Of a DNA stretch of 64,000 bases, positions 24,770 to 35,761 are shown piece after piece. This stretch comes from Escherichia coli. Its GTDB lineage: Bacteria; Pseudomonadota; Gammaproteobacteria; Enterobacterales; Enterobacteriaceae. The notes beneath the pieces are model-generated. The model was not told where the DNA came from, did no database searches, and saw only the letters and a list, made by a program, of their open reading frames with translations. Location of the stretch: assembly GCF_965641715.1 (NCBI RefSeq), contig NZ_OZ282453.1; one strand, written 5' to 3'. The position numbers and the translations under genes were made by a program. Within the stretch, counting starts at the first letter, position 1. The number at the start of each line of letters is the position of its first letter.

Positions 24770-25384
24770 TTAGCCGATTTTGTTACGTTGTGCGAATGTG
24801 TAAAGATCCATCAGTGATTTACATTCTAATTTTTCCATCAGGCGACTTTTATAAGTGCTGACAGTTTTGTTGCTGATGAACATTTTTTCAGCAATGTCAT
24901 TATTATCCTTGCCATCAAGAATATACCGCATGACACTAATTTCTTGTTTCGATAAGGAGTCGAGTTTTTGCTGGTCGGACGTTAAACTTCCAACAAACCG
25001 GTTGAGAGAGAAGGGGAAATAGCAGTAGCCATTTTTTGCAGCTTCAATAGCCGCAATGATATTGTTCATGCCTTCTTTTTTACTCACGAAACCATTAGCG
25101 CCAGCATCAGCACAATGTTTCCCGTAAAAATGGTCATTTTTAGCGGAGACGATAATAATAATTCCGCTATATTGGCGCTTCCTCAGCGTTTCTAACACCT
25201 GGATACCGTTAACTCCGGGGATATCGACATCAATGATGACGATATCAGGCTTAAGTGTTTCCACCCGCTGAACGGCACTTCCGCCTTCAGTCAACTCTGC
25301 TAAGATTTCAATATCGTTTTTGATCAATAAATTACGAATTGCTGCGATAGCAAGAGGATGGTCATCAATAATTATTGCGTTCAT
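24770..25384 (-). CDS. evgA: Response regulator (LuxR/FixJ family)
   Basis: 204 aa receiver plus LuxR-type HTH; immediately upstream of evgS. Confidence 0.9.
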   Translation of the reverse strand: MNAIIIDDHPLAIAAIRNLLIKNDIEILAELTEGGSAVQRVETLKPDIVIIDVDIPGVNGIQVLETLRKRQYSGIIIIVSAKNDHFYGKHCADAGANGFVSKKEGMNNIIAAIEAAKNGYCYFPFSLNRFVGSLTSDQQKLDSLSKQEISVMRYILDGKDNNDIAEKMFISNKTVSTYKSRLMEKLECKSLMDLYTFAQRNKIG

Positions 25385-25799
25385 AGATTATTCCCTTTGC
25401 AATGAAGCATCTCCCTTCTCCCTGTAGTAATACAGACATAAGGCATCATCTCATTTTCTCAATAAAAATAAGAAAATTTGAGCTTCCTTTAAGATAATTC
25501 GACAAGTATACCATATAAATAGTCGGCATATATGAAATGTCAACAATAAAATCAGGGATTGTACCGATGATTTATAGTTTCACATTAGCACTATAAGTCT
25601 TCTCACTAATCCTACAGGCGTAAGAATTGTATTGCAAAAGCCACGGTTTAGTCCTCTGTTGTTTTTTTTTCACCTCATTTAAATTAGGCCTCCAACGTTC
25701 CTGGGATAATGTGCAACACATGCACTGTGTTTGATATGAAGAATGAATACTCTTTTCATTCAATTCATAAATTTCATCTATGCGAAATGAGAGATAAAA

Positions 25800-26963
25800 G
25801 TGGAACAGATTAATTCAAATAAAAAACATTCTAACAGAAGAAAATACTTTTCTTTATTGGCGATAGTTTTATTTATTGCGTTTTCAGGTGCTTATGCCTA
25901 TTGGTCAATGGAATTAGAAGACATGATTAGTACAGATGACGCCTATGTCACGGGGAATGCAGATCCAATTTCTGCACAAGTCTCAGGTAGTGTCACTGTA
26001 GTTAATCATAAAGATACGAACTACGTTCGACAGGGTGACATTTTAGTTTCACTGGATAAAACTGATGCCACTATCGCACTCAATAAAGCTAAAAATAATC
26101 TGGCAAATATTGTTCGGCAAACGAATAAACTGTACTTACAGGATAAACAATACAGTGCCGAAGTCGCTTCAGCACGTATTCAGTATCAACAATCTTTAGA
26201 AGATTATAACCGTCGTGTGCCTTTAGCGAAGCAGGGGGTTATTTCAAAAGAAACGCTGGAGCATACCAAAGATACGTTAATAAGTAGCAAAGCGGCATTG
26301 AATGCCGCTATCCAGGCTTATAAAGCGAATAAAGCTTTAGTAATGAACACACCATTAAACCGTCAGCCACAAGTCGTTGAAGCTGCGGATGCAACCAAAG
26401 AAGCCTGGTTGGCGCTTAAACGTACGGATATTAAGAGTCCGGTTACCGGCTATATTGCCCAGCGAAGTGTTCAGGTCGGCGAAACAGTGAGTCCCGGACA
26501 ATCGTTAATGGCTGTCGTACCAGCACGTCAAATGTGGGTTAATGCCAACTTTAAAGAAACACAACTCACGGATGTACGGATTGGTCAATCGGTCAATATT
26601 ATCAGCGATCTTTATGGTGAGAATGTTGTGTTTCATGGCCGGGTGACAGGGATCAATATGGGAACCGGCAATGCGTTCTCCTTATTACCTGCACAAAATG
26701 CGACAGGGAACTGGATCAAAATCGTTCAGCGTGTACCGGTTGAAGTTTCTCTTGATCCAAAAGAACTCATGGAACACCCCTTGCGCATTGGTTTATCGAT
26801 GACTGCAACTATTGATACGAAGAACGAAGACATTACTGAGATGCCTGAGCTGGCTTCAACCGTGACGTCCATGCCGGCTTATACCAGTAAGGCTTTAGTT
26901 ATCGATACCAGTCCGATAGAAAAAGAAATTAGCAACATTATTTCGCATAATGGACAACTTTAA
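25800..26963 (+). CDS. emrK: Multidrug efflux membrane-fusion protein
   Basis: 387 aa HlyD/EmrA-family; divergent from evgA. Confidence 0.85.
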   Translation: MEQINSNKKHSNRRKYFSLLAIVLFIAFSGAYAYWSMELEDMISTDDAYVTGNADPISAQVSGSVTVVNHKDTNYVRQGDILVSLDKTDATIALNKAKNNLANIVRQTNKLYLQDKQYSAEVASARIQYQQSLEDYNRRVPLAKQGVISKETLEHTKDTLISSKAALNAAIQAYKANKALVMNTPLNRQPQVVEAADATKEAWLALKRTDIKSPVTGYIAQRSVQVGETVSPGQSLMAVVPARQMWVNANFKETQLTDVRIGQSVNIISDLYGENVVFHGRVTGINMGTGNAFSLLPAQNATGNWIKIVQRVPVEVSLDPKELMEHPLRIGLSMTATIDTKNEDITEMPELASTVTSMPAYTSKALVIDTSPIEKEISNIISHNGQL

Positions 26964-28501
26964 TGGCAATCACTAAATCAACTCCGGCACCATTAACCGG
27001 TGGGACGTTATGGTGCGTCACTATTGCATTGTCATTAGCGACGTTTATGCAAATGTTGGATTCCACTATTTCTAACGTCGCAATACCGACAATATCTGGC
27101 TTTCTGGGAGCATCAACAGACGAAGGTACCTGGGTTATCACTTCGTTTGGCGTAGCAAATGCCATTGCGATCCCTGTTACCGGCAGGCTGGCACAAAGAA
27201 TAGGCGAATTAAGGTTATTTTTACTTTCAGTCACTTTTTTTTCGCTGTCTTCCTTAATGTGTAGTTTATCGACCAATCTTGATGTGCTGATATTTTTTAG
27301 AGTCGTTCAGGGGTTAATGGCAGGGCCGTTAATTCCACTGTCACAGAGTTTATTATTAAGGAATTATCCACCAGAAAAAAGAACATTTGCTCTGGCATTA
27401 TGGTCAATGACCGTGATTATCGCTCCGATATGTGGGCCGATATTGGGCGGTTATATTTGTGATAACTTTAGCTGGGGTTGGATATTTTTAATCAATGTCC
27501 CTATGGGGATTATCGTCCTGACATTATGCTTAACCTTACTTAAAGGAAGAGAAACTGAGACTTCACCGGTCAAAATGAATCTACCAGGACTGACCCTGTT
27601 AGTGCTCGGTGTTGGTGGCTTGCAAATTATGCTTGATAAAGGGCGCGATCTGGATTGGTTCAACTCGAGTACAATAATAATATTAACAGTAGTATCAGTT
27701 ATTTCTCTGATCTCTTTAGTCATTTGGGAGTCGACCTCAGAGAACCCGATTCTTGATCTCAGTTTGTTTAAGTCCCGTAATTTCACCATTGGTATAGTGA
27801 GTATCACATGCGCGTATTTATTTTACTCTGGAGCGATCGTCCTTATGCCGCAGTTACTCCAGGAAACGATGGGGTATAATGCGATATGGGCCGGACTTGC
27901 TTATGCGCCCATCGGCATCATGCCACTATTAATTTCACCTTTGATAGGACGTTATGGCAACAAAATAGACATGCGGTTGTTAGTGACATTTAGTTTTTTG
28001 ATGTATGCGGTTTGCTATTACTGGCGTTCTGTGACATTTATGCCAACGATTGATTTTACAGGTATCATTTTGCCGCAGTTTTTTCAGGGATTCGCCGTTG
28101 CCTGTTTCTTTTTACCCTTAACAACGATTTCGTTTTCAGGCTTGCCAGATAATAAATTTGCCAATGCCTCGAGTATGAGTAATTTTTTTCGTACCTTGTC
28201 AGGATCAGTTGGTACGTCGTTGACAATGACGCTGTGGGGACGACGCGAATCGTTACACCATAGTCAGTTAACAGCAACCATCGATCAATTTAACCCCGTG
28301 TTTAATTCATCGTCACAAATTATGGATAAATACTATGGTTCGCTTTCAGGAGTTCTTAATGAAATTAATAATGAAATAACCCAGCAGTCACTTTCTATTT
28401 CTGCAAATGAGATTTTCCGTATGGCGGCTATTGCTTTTATCTTACTTACGGTTTTGGTGTGGTTTGCGAAACCGCCTTTTACAGCGAAAGGCGTTGGGTG
28501 A
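26963..28501 (+). CDS. emrY: MFS multidrug efflux pump (EmrB-like, 14 TM)
   Basis: 512 aa MFS transporter; start overlaps the emrK stop. Confidence 0.85.
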   Translation: MAITKSTPAPLTGGTLWCVTIALSLATFMQMLDSTISNVAIPTISGFLGASTDEGTWVITSFGVANAIAIPVTGRLAQRIGELRLFLLSVTFFSLSSLMCSLSTNLDVLIFFRVVQGLMAGPLIPLSQSLLLRNYPPEKRTFALALWSMTVIIAPICGPILGGYICDNFSWGWIFLINVPMGIIVLTLCLTLLKGRETETSPVKMNLPGLTLLVLGVGGLQIMLDKGRDLDWFNSSTIIILTVVSVISLISLVIWESTSENPILDLSLFKSRNFTIGIVSITCAYLFYSGAIVLMPQLLQETMGYNAIWAGLAYAPIGIMPLLISPLIGRYGNKIDMRLLVTFSFLMYAVCYYWRSVTFMPTIDFTGIILPQFFQGFAVACFFLPLTTISFSGLPDNKFANASSMSNFFRTLSGSVGTSLTMTLWGRRESLHHSQLTATIDQFNPVFNSSSQIMDKYYGSLSGVLNEINNEITQQSLSISANEIFRMAAIAFILLTVLVWFAKPPFTAKGVG

Positions 28502-28608
28502 TGGTAAAAGGAGGGGGTTATAGCGGGTAAGACCGGGGATCTTAAGTCTGCGCCATCGGCAGCATCGCTCACCCAGGGAAAGGATGGCGATGCTGCGTTG
28601 AAACGTTA

Positions 28609-29937
28609 TTAACGGCCTTTTGCCAGATATTGATTCATCTCTTCTTCCGGCACCATTCCACCTCCCGTCGCCCACACCAGATGAGTGGTATTACGCAGTT
28701 GTTCTGCGCTGAAACCGTGCATCTGTTGGTAACTTACTGATGCACACACGCGCTGAGGTCCGGCCATACCCGCCAGTGCCGAAGGTTCAAGACGAATACC
28801 TTCTTCCTGCGCCAGCCAGCCAAGCATGTCATACATGGTTTGATCGCTAAGGGTATAGAAGCCATCCAGCAGACGCTCCATTGCCCGCCCGACAAAGCCT
28901 GATGCGCGACCAACTGCAAGGCCATCCGCTGCGGTAAGGTTGTCGATACCAATATCCTGAACAGAAATCTGATCGTGTAATCCTGTATGGACGCCTAACA
29001 ACATACAAGGGGAGTGCGTTGGTTCGGCAAAAAAGCAGTGAACATGATCGCCAAACGCCAGTTTAAGCCCGAATGCGACGCCACCAGGACCACCGCCAAC
29101 ACCACACGGCAGATAGACAAACAGAGGGTTATCAGCATCGACGATACGGCCTTGCTGGGCAAATTGCGCTTTAAGACGCTGGCCAGCGACGGAATACCCA
29201 AGGAACAACGTGCGGGAATTTTCGTCATCAATAAAGAAACAGTTCGGGTCAGACTGCGCTGCTTTACGTCCTTCCTCGACGGCAACACCATAATCTTGCT
29301 CATATTCCACGACCGTAACGCCATGGCTGCGCAGTTTCGCTTTTTTCCATGCCCGGGCATCAGCAGACATATGCACTGTCACCTTAAAGCCAATGCGGGC
29401 GCTCATTATGCCGATTGACAATCCCAGATTTCCGGTTGAGCCCACAGCAATGCTGTATTGGCTAAAGAACTGTTTAAACTCCTGAGAAAGCAGTTTGCTG
29501 TAGTCATCTTCAAGTGTCAGCAACCCCGCTTCCAGAGCCAGTTTTTCTGCGTGTGCCAGGACTTCATAAATCCCGCCGCGTGCTTTTATGGAGCCGGAAA
29601 TGGGCAAATGGCTATCTTTTTTCAGTAACAGTTGCCCGCTGATCGGTTGTTGATATTCCTTTTCCAGCCGTTTTTGCATAGCCGGAATGGCAACCAGTTC
29701 TGATTCAATAATCCCCCCAGTGGCAGCAGTTTCAGGAAATGCTTTTGCCAGATAGGGTGCAAAACGGGATAAGCGCGCATGGGCGTCCTGAACATCCTGT
29801 TCGGTCAGGCCAACATAAGGTAAACCTTCAGCCAATGAGGTCGTGCCAGGATTAAACCAGGTGGTTTCTTTAAGAGCAACCAGATCCTTTACCAACGGAT
29901 ACTGGGCGATGAGCGAGTTCATTTTAGCGTTTTCCAT
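28609..29937 (-). CDS. dsdA: D-serine ammonia-lyase (PLP-dependent)
   Basis: 442 aa with PLP-lysine motif (SGSIKARGG). Confidence 0.9.
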   Translation of the reverse strand: MENAKMNSLIAQYPLVKDLVALKETTWFNPGTTSLAEGLPYVGLTEQDVQDAHARLSRFAPYLAKAFPETAATGGIIESELVAIPAMQKRLEKEYQQPISGQLLLKKDSHLPISGSIKARGGIYEVLAHAEKLALEAGLLTLEDDYSKLLSQEFKQFFSQYSIAVGSTGNLGLSIGIMSARIGFKVTVHMSADARAWKKAKLRSHGVTVVEYEQDYGVAVEEGRKAAQSDPNCFFIDDENSRTLFLGYSVAGQRLKAQFAQQGRIVDADNPLFVYLPCGVGGGPGGVAFGLKLAFGDHVHCFFAEPTHSPCMLLGVHTGLHDQISVQDIGIDNLTAADGLAVGRASGFVGRAMERLLDGFYTLSDQTMYDMLGWLAQEEGIRLEPSALAGMAGPQRVCASVSYQQMHGFSAEQLRNTTHLVWATGGGMVPEEEMNQYLAKGR

Positions 29938-29954
29938 AGTACGTCTCTTTGCGC

Positions 29955-31292
29955 TTAGATGATAAATGACAGCAGGAATGTGCCCGCCAGAGCGACGACT
30001 GAAGCGATAAATGTCGCTGTCGTATAGTATTTAAATGTTTCATTGAGCGTAGCGCCGCAATATTGCTTCACCAGCCAGAAAAGCGAGTCCGTAACGATCG
30101 TGCAGCCAATTGCGCCTGAACCGATAGCAATCGCAATAATTTCCGGGCTGATGTCGGGATACAGCGGCAGCATGGGTGCAACAATTGCCGTTGCCCCCAT
30201 CATTGCCACGGTAGCGGAGCCCACTGCAGCATGCAGAATAAGAGCCACTAACCAGGCCAGAAGAATCGGGTGCATATGCATATTGGAGAGAATCACTGCC
30301 AGCGTATCAGCGAGACTGCTGCTTTTTAAAATGGCGTTGAATGCGCCTCCTGCCCCGATAATCAGCAAAATATTAGCAATAGAACCGAAGCCATTTTCCG
30401 TATGTGTGAGCATCGTACCCATGCTCATATGCTGGCGTATACCCAACACATAATAGGCGACAAACACGGCGATAAACATGGCAGTGATAGGGTTGCCAAT
30501 AAACTCAAGCAAGATATACAAACCACTCTCACGCGCCATATTCAATTCGGCAATCGTTTTAACCAACATCAGCGCAATGGGTAGCAGTATGGTGAATAAC
30601 GTTGCGCATAATGACGGTAGTGTTTTTTCATCGCGAACTTTGAGATCGGCAAACTCTGTGGGTACAGGTTTAAAGGGCAGTCGTTGACCCAGAAATTTAA
30701 GGAAAAGTGGGCCACCGATCAGTGATGCCATCAGCCCAACCAGCAAACCGTAGACGATCACCGAACCGATATCTGCGCCCAGCTTATTGGCAACATATAA
30801 AGCAGCCGGATGTGGGGGAACCACGCAGTGCACTGCCATCAATGCGGTACACAGCGGAATGGCCAGCTTTAACAATGAGGTATTGGTTTTTTTGGCAATT
30901 GAAAAAGCCAGAGGAATCAATAGCACGACGCCCACTTCAACAAACAGCGTGATGCCGCAAATCAGGCCAACCAGCACCATAATGACATCAGCCGAAAGCC
31001 AGCGGCAGCGTTGAAGTGTCAGACCAATTCTTTCTGCGGCCCCGGATACTTCCATCATTTTTCCCAGTATCGTGCCAAGGCCGATAACCGCAGCAAGGAA
31101 CCCCAGCGTTCCGCCAATTCCACTTTCAATAGCATTTACCATATCCAGTGGCCCCATGCCCATCATCGTTCCCACGAAGAAGCTGGCCAGTAACAGCGCC
31201 AGAAACGGGTGGAATTTGAACTTCACGATGGTCAGTACAATTAACACGATGCTGATAAGCAGCGTGCTCACAACCCAGATTTGAGAGTGCAT
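29955..31292 (-). CDS. dsdX: D-serine permease (GntP family)
   Basis: 445 aa polytopic membrane protein upstream of dsdA. Confidence 0.85.
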   Translation of the reverse strand: MHSQIWVVSTLLISIVLIVLTIVKFKFHPFLALLLASFFVGTMMGMGPLDMVNAIESGIGGTLGFLAAVIGLGTILGKMMEVSGAAERIGLTLQRCRWLSADVIMVLVGLICGITLFVEVGVVLLIPLAFSIAKKTNTSLLKLAIPLCTALMAVHCVVPPHPAALYVANKLGADIGSVIVYGLLVGLMASLIGGPLFLKFLGQRLPFKPVPTEFADLKVRDEKTLPSLCATLFTILLPIALMLVKTIAELNMARESGLYILLEFIGNPITAMFIAVFVAYYVLGIRQHMSMGTMLTHTENGFGSIANILLIIGAGGAFNAILKSSSLADTLAVILSNMHMHPILLAWLVALILHAAVGSATVAMMGATAIVAPMLPLYPDISPEIIAIAIGSGAIGCTIVTDSLFWLVKQYCGATLNETFKYYTTATFIASVVALAGTFLLSFII

Positions 31293-31509
31293 ATCTCACC
31301 TTCCCCTGTGATTAATCTGATGATATTGGACAAAAAAACAATGCAGGCTGACAAACGATAAAATTTGCCTTTCACATGAGACAAATTGCATCAAGGGAGT
31401 GATTTACATCTAAAAATGAAGTTAAATTGAGATATGGTTCACTTTAGCTCACCTTACAGCTGAAATTTTGCCGCTATTTTTTTACACTTAAGAGAAAAAT
31501 GAGGTGATT

Positions 31510-32457
31510 ATGGAACCCCTTCGTGAAATAAGAAATCGACTGCTTAACGGCTGGCAACTATCAAAACTGCATACTTTTGAAGTGGCTGCCAGGCATCAGT
31601 CCTTCGCCCTGGCGGCAGAGGAATTGTCGCTGAGCCCCAGTGCGGTAAGTCACCGTATCAATCAGCTGGAAGAAGAATTGGGTATTCAGTTGTTTGTTCG
31701 TTCCCATCGCAAAGTGGAATTAACGCACGAGGGGAAACGCGTTTATTGGGCGCTAAAATCGTCGCTGGATACCCTGAACCAGGAAATTCTTGATATCAAA
31801 AATCAGGAGTTATCGGGAACGTTAACTCTGTATTCCCGGCCCTCTATCGCTCAATGCTGGTTGGTGCCCGCATTAGGTGACTTTACACGCCGCTATCCGT
31901 CTATTTCGCTCACCGTGCTCACTGGTAATGACAATGTCAATTTGCAACGTGCCGGAATCGATTTGGCGATCTACTTTGATGATGCGCCGTCAGCGCAACT
32001 GGCTCATCACTTTCTGATGGATGAAGAAATCCTGCCAGTATGTAGCCCGGAATACGCTCAAAGACATGCTTTAACCAACACTGTAATTAACCTGCGTCAC
32101 TGTACGTTTCTCCATGACAGACAGGCATGGAGCAACGACTCCGGTACGGATGAATGGCATAGTTGGGCGCAACATTATGCGGTTAATTTGCCGACATCTT
32201 CTGGAATTGGCTTTGATCGCTCTGATTTAGCCGTTATCGCCGCAATGAATCATGTTGGGGTGGCGATGGGAAGAAAACGCCTGGTACAAAAAAGGCTTGC
32301 CAGTGGTGAGCTCGTCGCGCCGTTTGGCGATATGACGGTGAAATGCCATCAGCATTATTACATCACCACATTACCGGGCAGGCAGTGGCCAAAAATTGAG
32401 GCATTTATTACCTGGTTAAGAGAACAGGTAAGTCAATATGAATGTTATACCTTATAA
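31510..32457 (+). CDS. dsdC: LysR-family activator of dsdXA
   Basis: LysR HTH N-terminus; divergent from dsdX; start set at the MEPLREI Met. Confidence 0.85.
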   Translation: MEPLREIRNRLLNGWQLSKLHTFEVAARHQSFALAAEELSLSPSAVSHRINQLEEELGIQLFVRSHRKVELTHEGKRVYWALKSSLDTLNQEILDIKNQELSGTLTLYSRPSIAQCWLVPALGDFTRRYPSISLTVLTGNDNVNLQRAGIDLAIYFDDAPSAQLAHHFLMDEEILPVCSPEYAQRHALTNTVINLRHCTFLHDRQAWSNDSGTDEWHSWAQHYAVNLPTSSGIGFDRSDLAVIAAMNHVGVAMGRKRLVQKRLASGELVAPFGDMTVKCHQHYYITTLPGRQWPKIEAFITWLREQVSQYECYTL

Positions 32458-32852
32458 TACATTAAATCATCTGGTTTCTAAATAACCTTATTATGCACTG
32501 TAAGTGTATGTTGGCTTTATAAATTGCAATTTTTATATGGGAATTGTTTTGTCAATAGTTACGAAAAGGATAAATAAAATAACCACATCTTCTTGGCGTC
32601 GAATATTGGAGAGCGATAATTTATAGTAAACTAGATTACCAGAGAAAAGATAAGTAGCAATATATTTGCTGGTGGCATTTTTATTAAATATTATATGTGT
32701 TGGTTTGTGACTTTAAAAAAATTAATTATTTAATAAAAAGGTGATTTATTTCTTATTTTGATTAATCTTGAGGATCCATTATGATTATCAGTTGTATGTC
32801 ATAAAAATGAGGGGCTAAAAGCCTCAATGAATTGAGGCCTTTAGAACAGGGG

Positions 32853-33422
32853 TTATATCTTCTTTATATCTAACACATCACCCTCCCATACTCGTTTAAA
32901 TCTTGCTGCATTACTGGCTGTATATAATACCGTATGATGTATATTTCTGTGCCCTAAATAATCTTGTATTAGTCTGGTGTCTAACCCTTGATTAGCTAAA
33001 GCATACCCACAACCATGCCTAAGCATGTGAGGATGAATATTAATATTCATATTGTGACTATATTTCTTACACATCTTATACACATATTGTCTCGATATTT
33101 TATTTCCTTGACAAGAAAGAAATAAAGAGTCTTCAAAAGGTTTTTTTACTATGTTATCACGTAGTGCTAGCCATTTTTTTAATAACAGAACAGTTTCTTT
33201 TTGCAGGGGATGTACTGTGGATAATCCATTTTTTAAACGCTTGATATATATTGCTGACTCTGAAAAGTCAATGTCGCTAATCTTTAGTGCAATAAGCTCG
33301 CTTACCCTAAGGCCATGTACATATGCCATTTGTAACATGGCTTTATCTCTAATTTCATTTTTTGAACCGTTGATGGCTTCAAAAAATAACAACCATTCAC
33401 TATGAGTAATAAATTTGCGCAT
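32853..33422 (-). CDS. FimB/FimE-family tyrosine recombinase (switch recombinase paralog 1)
   Basis: 189 aa with the conserved C-terminal block HPHMLRH-GCGYALANQG-DTRLIQDYLGHRNIHHTVLYT; very AT-rich gene. Confidence 0.85.
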   Translation of the reverse strand: MRKFITHSEWLLFFEAINGSKNEIRDKAMLQMAYVHGLRVSELIALKISDIDFSESAIYIKRLKNGLSTVHPLQKETVLLLKKWLALRDNIVKKPFEDSLFLSCQGNKISRQYVYKMCKKYSHNMNINIHPHMLRHGCGYALANQGLDTRLIQDYLGHRNIHHTVLYTASNAARFKRVWEGDVLDIKKI

Positions 33423-34169
33423 AATATTACCAGTTATACTAATTAAGTTAAAAAATAAACTATAAATACCAGAGCCTGGTATTATTGCTTGTTTTTTATA
33501 AGCAAATAATGAGCTGGGGTTTAAATTATGCCACTAAATGGATATTCATCAATACCCCGCCAGAGAGATAGTTGCCCAGGGGGTATAGATTATTATTAGT
33601 CAACCAATGAGCATAAATAAGCACAAGGAGGTGTGTATTGCGAATAGTAATTCAATGCCATGCTGGTAGTTTTTTTGTGGTGAAAATATTTGTACCTTTT
33701 TGTTTACGGATGAAAAATAAACAGCCATATTATTTTGGTTAATTGTTGTGTTAGTTTTAACACTCGGTGATGTTTTTTGTTATAGTGCATTAATTTTTAA
33801 ATAAAAAAATTCATACATTCATGGATGTAATATATACAAGATGCAATGTTAATTTTAGATAAAATATTAATTGCATTGGATACTTTTTAAATATGCCGAT
33901 GTTGAGCTTAATTTTATGAGGGAGTGCTATTTCGGGTTGTAGGACTTTTTTATAATCATCTTATGGGCTCTTTATATTTAAAGGAGGGTTTTGAACGATA
34001 GGTACATAACGAAGGTTGTTTATATGCGTTTACAAACTATTAATTAGATTAGGTGAATTTTAATAAATTAATCTATAATCATACAGCAACTATATGAATT
34101 ATATTATTGACTAAATGTAATTCTTTCATCATAGTTGACATGGCTATTTTATATAAATAGAGGTGATTT

Positions 34170-34799
34170 ATGCAAAACAGAAAATTTTTAACGCATCATG
34201 AAATTAATTTACTACTTCAATCTGTAAAACAAAAGAGTTGCTCTTCACGCGATGTTTGCATGATTTTATTGGCTTATTTTCATGGTCTGCGTGTTAGTGA
34301 GCTCTTATCTCTGCAGTTGTCGGATTTAGAACTAACTACAGAAAAAATATATATTCAACGGATAAAAAATGGATTCAGTACAGTCCATCCACTTCAAAAG
34401 GAAGAGGTGATTGCAATAACAAACTGGCTGAATGAAAGGAATTCATTAAATGTTAAACATTTCAATGATAACCCGTGGTTATTTGTTTCCCGAACAGGAA
34501 AACCATTATCGAGACAACGATTTTATAACATAGTTTCTGCTGCGGGTAAAAATGCAGGTTTAAATATTAAAGTTCATCCACATATGTTACGCCATGCATG
34601 TGGTTATTCACTAGCAGATAATGGTGTGGATACCCGTCTTATTCAGGACTATCTCGGGCATCGTAATATCAGGCATACGGTAATTTATACTGCTTCTAAT
34701 TCAATGAGATTTGAAAAAATGTGGGGGAGAGGTGACGCAAAAAAGCAACATTTTGACCCAAAATGTAAACCCAATCTTTGTTTAGAAATTCTCGTATAG
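34170..34799 (+). CDS. FimB/FimE-family tyrosine recombinase (switch recombinase paralog 2)
   Basis: 209 aa with HPHMLRHACGYSLADNG…LIQDYLGHRNIRHTVIYT; divergent from paralog 1. Confidence 0.85.
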   Translation: MQNRKFLTHHEINLLLQSVKQKSCSSRDVCMILLAYFHGLRVSELLSLQLSDLELTTEKIYIQRIKNGFSTVHPLQKEEVIAITNWLNERNSLNVKHFNDNPWLFVSRTGKPLSRQRFYNIVSAAGKNAGLNIKVHPHMLRHACGYSLADNGVDTRLIQDYLGHRNIRHTVIYTASNSMRFEKMWGRGDAKKQHFDPKCKPNLCLEILV

Positions 34800-35039
34800 A
34801 AAAACATTTTTTTCTATAAAAAACATTAAATTTACTGATTTAGATCAATGTGTGGCGTCAATCTACACATAAAGAGGTAGATTTGTCTTCTTTTTAATCT
34901 CTGGCGTATAAAGCCAAAATGTAAATAACAATCAAAATTATATTCTGAATTAAAATAAATACGCAGGTTTTTTACCTGCGTTTTGTGCTATTTATAGTTA
35001 ATTAAATTAATGTTGTCAAAATGGGTCATTTTGTAAACC
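34754..35039. promoter_or_regulatory. Candidate invertible promoter switch between recombinase 2 and the LuxR-type regulator
   Basis: 7-bp inverted repeat TGACCCA (34754-34760) / TGGGTCA (35022-35028), each followed by a direct TGTAAACC 8-mer (34764-34771, 35032-35039); AT-rich; overlaps the recombinase 3' end as fimS abuts fimE. Boundaries are inferred only. Confidence 0.35.
34961..34987 (+). terminator. Perfect 8-bp stem hairpin plus T-run inside the candidate switch
   Basis: acgcaggt-ttttt-acctgcgt followed by tttgtg. Confidence 0.5.
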
Positions 35040-35116
35040 TGTGCCTCAAGGTTTGTCTCCCCCCGGTGTGCAAAGCAAAAGGAAATTGGGAAAGGGGATA
35101 ACAGGAAATTGATTGC

Positions 35117-35737
35117 ATGGTTTTGATTACGACGACAAAAAATATTTTTATAATTCAAGCAATTAAGAGTATGCGTTGGCGGGGTTTTTCGTACGTGAAA
35201 GTCATCGCTGTGGACGACTATTCTTCTCTGATTCGTGATTTTGGCACATCTTGCTTTCGGGATGAGCAATCGTTGTTGTTACCTGTATTCCCTGATAATG
35301 ATTCTACTACCTGTATACGCTCACTGTATTTCATTCACCAATGGCTAAAAAGCCAGCCTGTCAATATTCCGTGCCTGGCATGGGGGGATAATGGTGTAGT
35401 TAGTAATAAAGGCATACCTTTCATACCGTGGAAATTAACAGCAGAGCAATTTTGTTTCTATATAGATAAATTTATCAATGGCTGGAGGTGCAAAAAAAAT
35501 ATTCGCGCGAATCATAAAGTTTCTTTTTTAGAACGACAATTATCCCCGAGGGAGAAAAGTATCTTTATATATACCAAGGAAGGAAAAGATATTGCATGGA
35601 TCTCGAACACCTTGGGTATATCCAGTAAGACTGTGTGGACGCATCGTCGTAGAGCTATGGATAAACTCGGGGTAAAACGTTTACATCAATTTATAAATAT
35701 TCCGCGTTCCCTTATTAGTGAAAATATTCAATTATAA
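35117..35737 (+). CDS. LuxR-type HTH transcriptional regulator (ipuR/hyxR-like)
   Basis: 206 aa; C-terminal LuxR/FixJ-type HTH (LSPREKSIFIYTKEGKDIAWISNTLGISSKTVWTHRRRAMDKLGV); sits between the switch and the autotransporter. Confidence 0.7.
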   Translation: MVLITTTKNIFIIQAIKSMRWRGFSYVKVIAVDDYSSLIRDFGTSCFRDEQSLLLPVFPDNDSTTCIRSLYFIHQWLKSQPVNIPCLAWGDNGVVSNKGIPFIPWKLTAEQFCFYIDKFINGWRCKKNIRANHKVSFLERQLSPREKSIFIYTKEGKDIAWISNTLGISSKTVWTHRRRAMDKLGVKRLHQFINIPRSLISENIQL

Positions 35738-35761
35738 TGTACGTTCAAGAGTATTAGTGTT

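Noticed and set aside
34754..35028. Treating the 7-bp inverted repeat as proof of an invertible element
   Set aside because: A 7-bp inverted pair is expected by chance within ~300 bp of AT-rich DNA; it is kept only as a candidate because of the flanking 8-bp direct repeat and the recombinase context.
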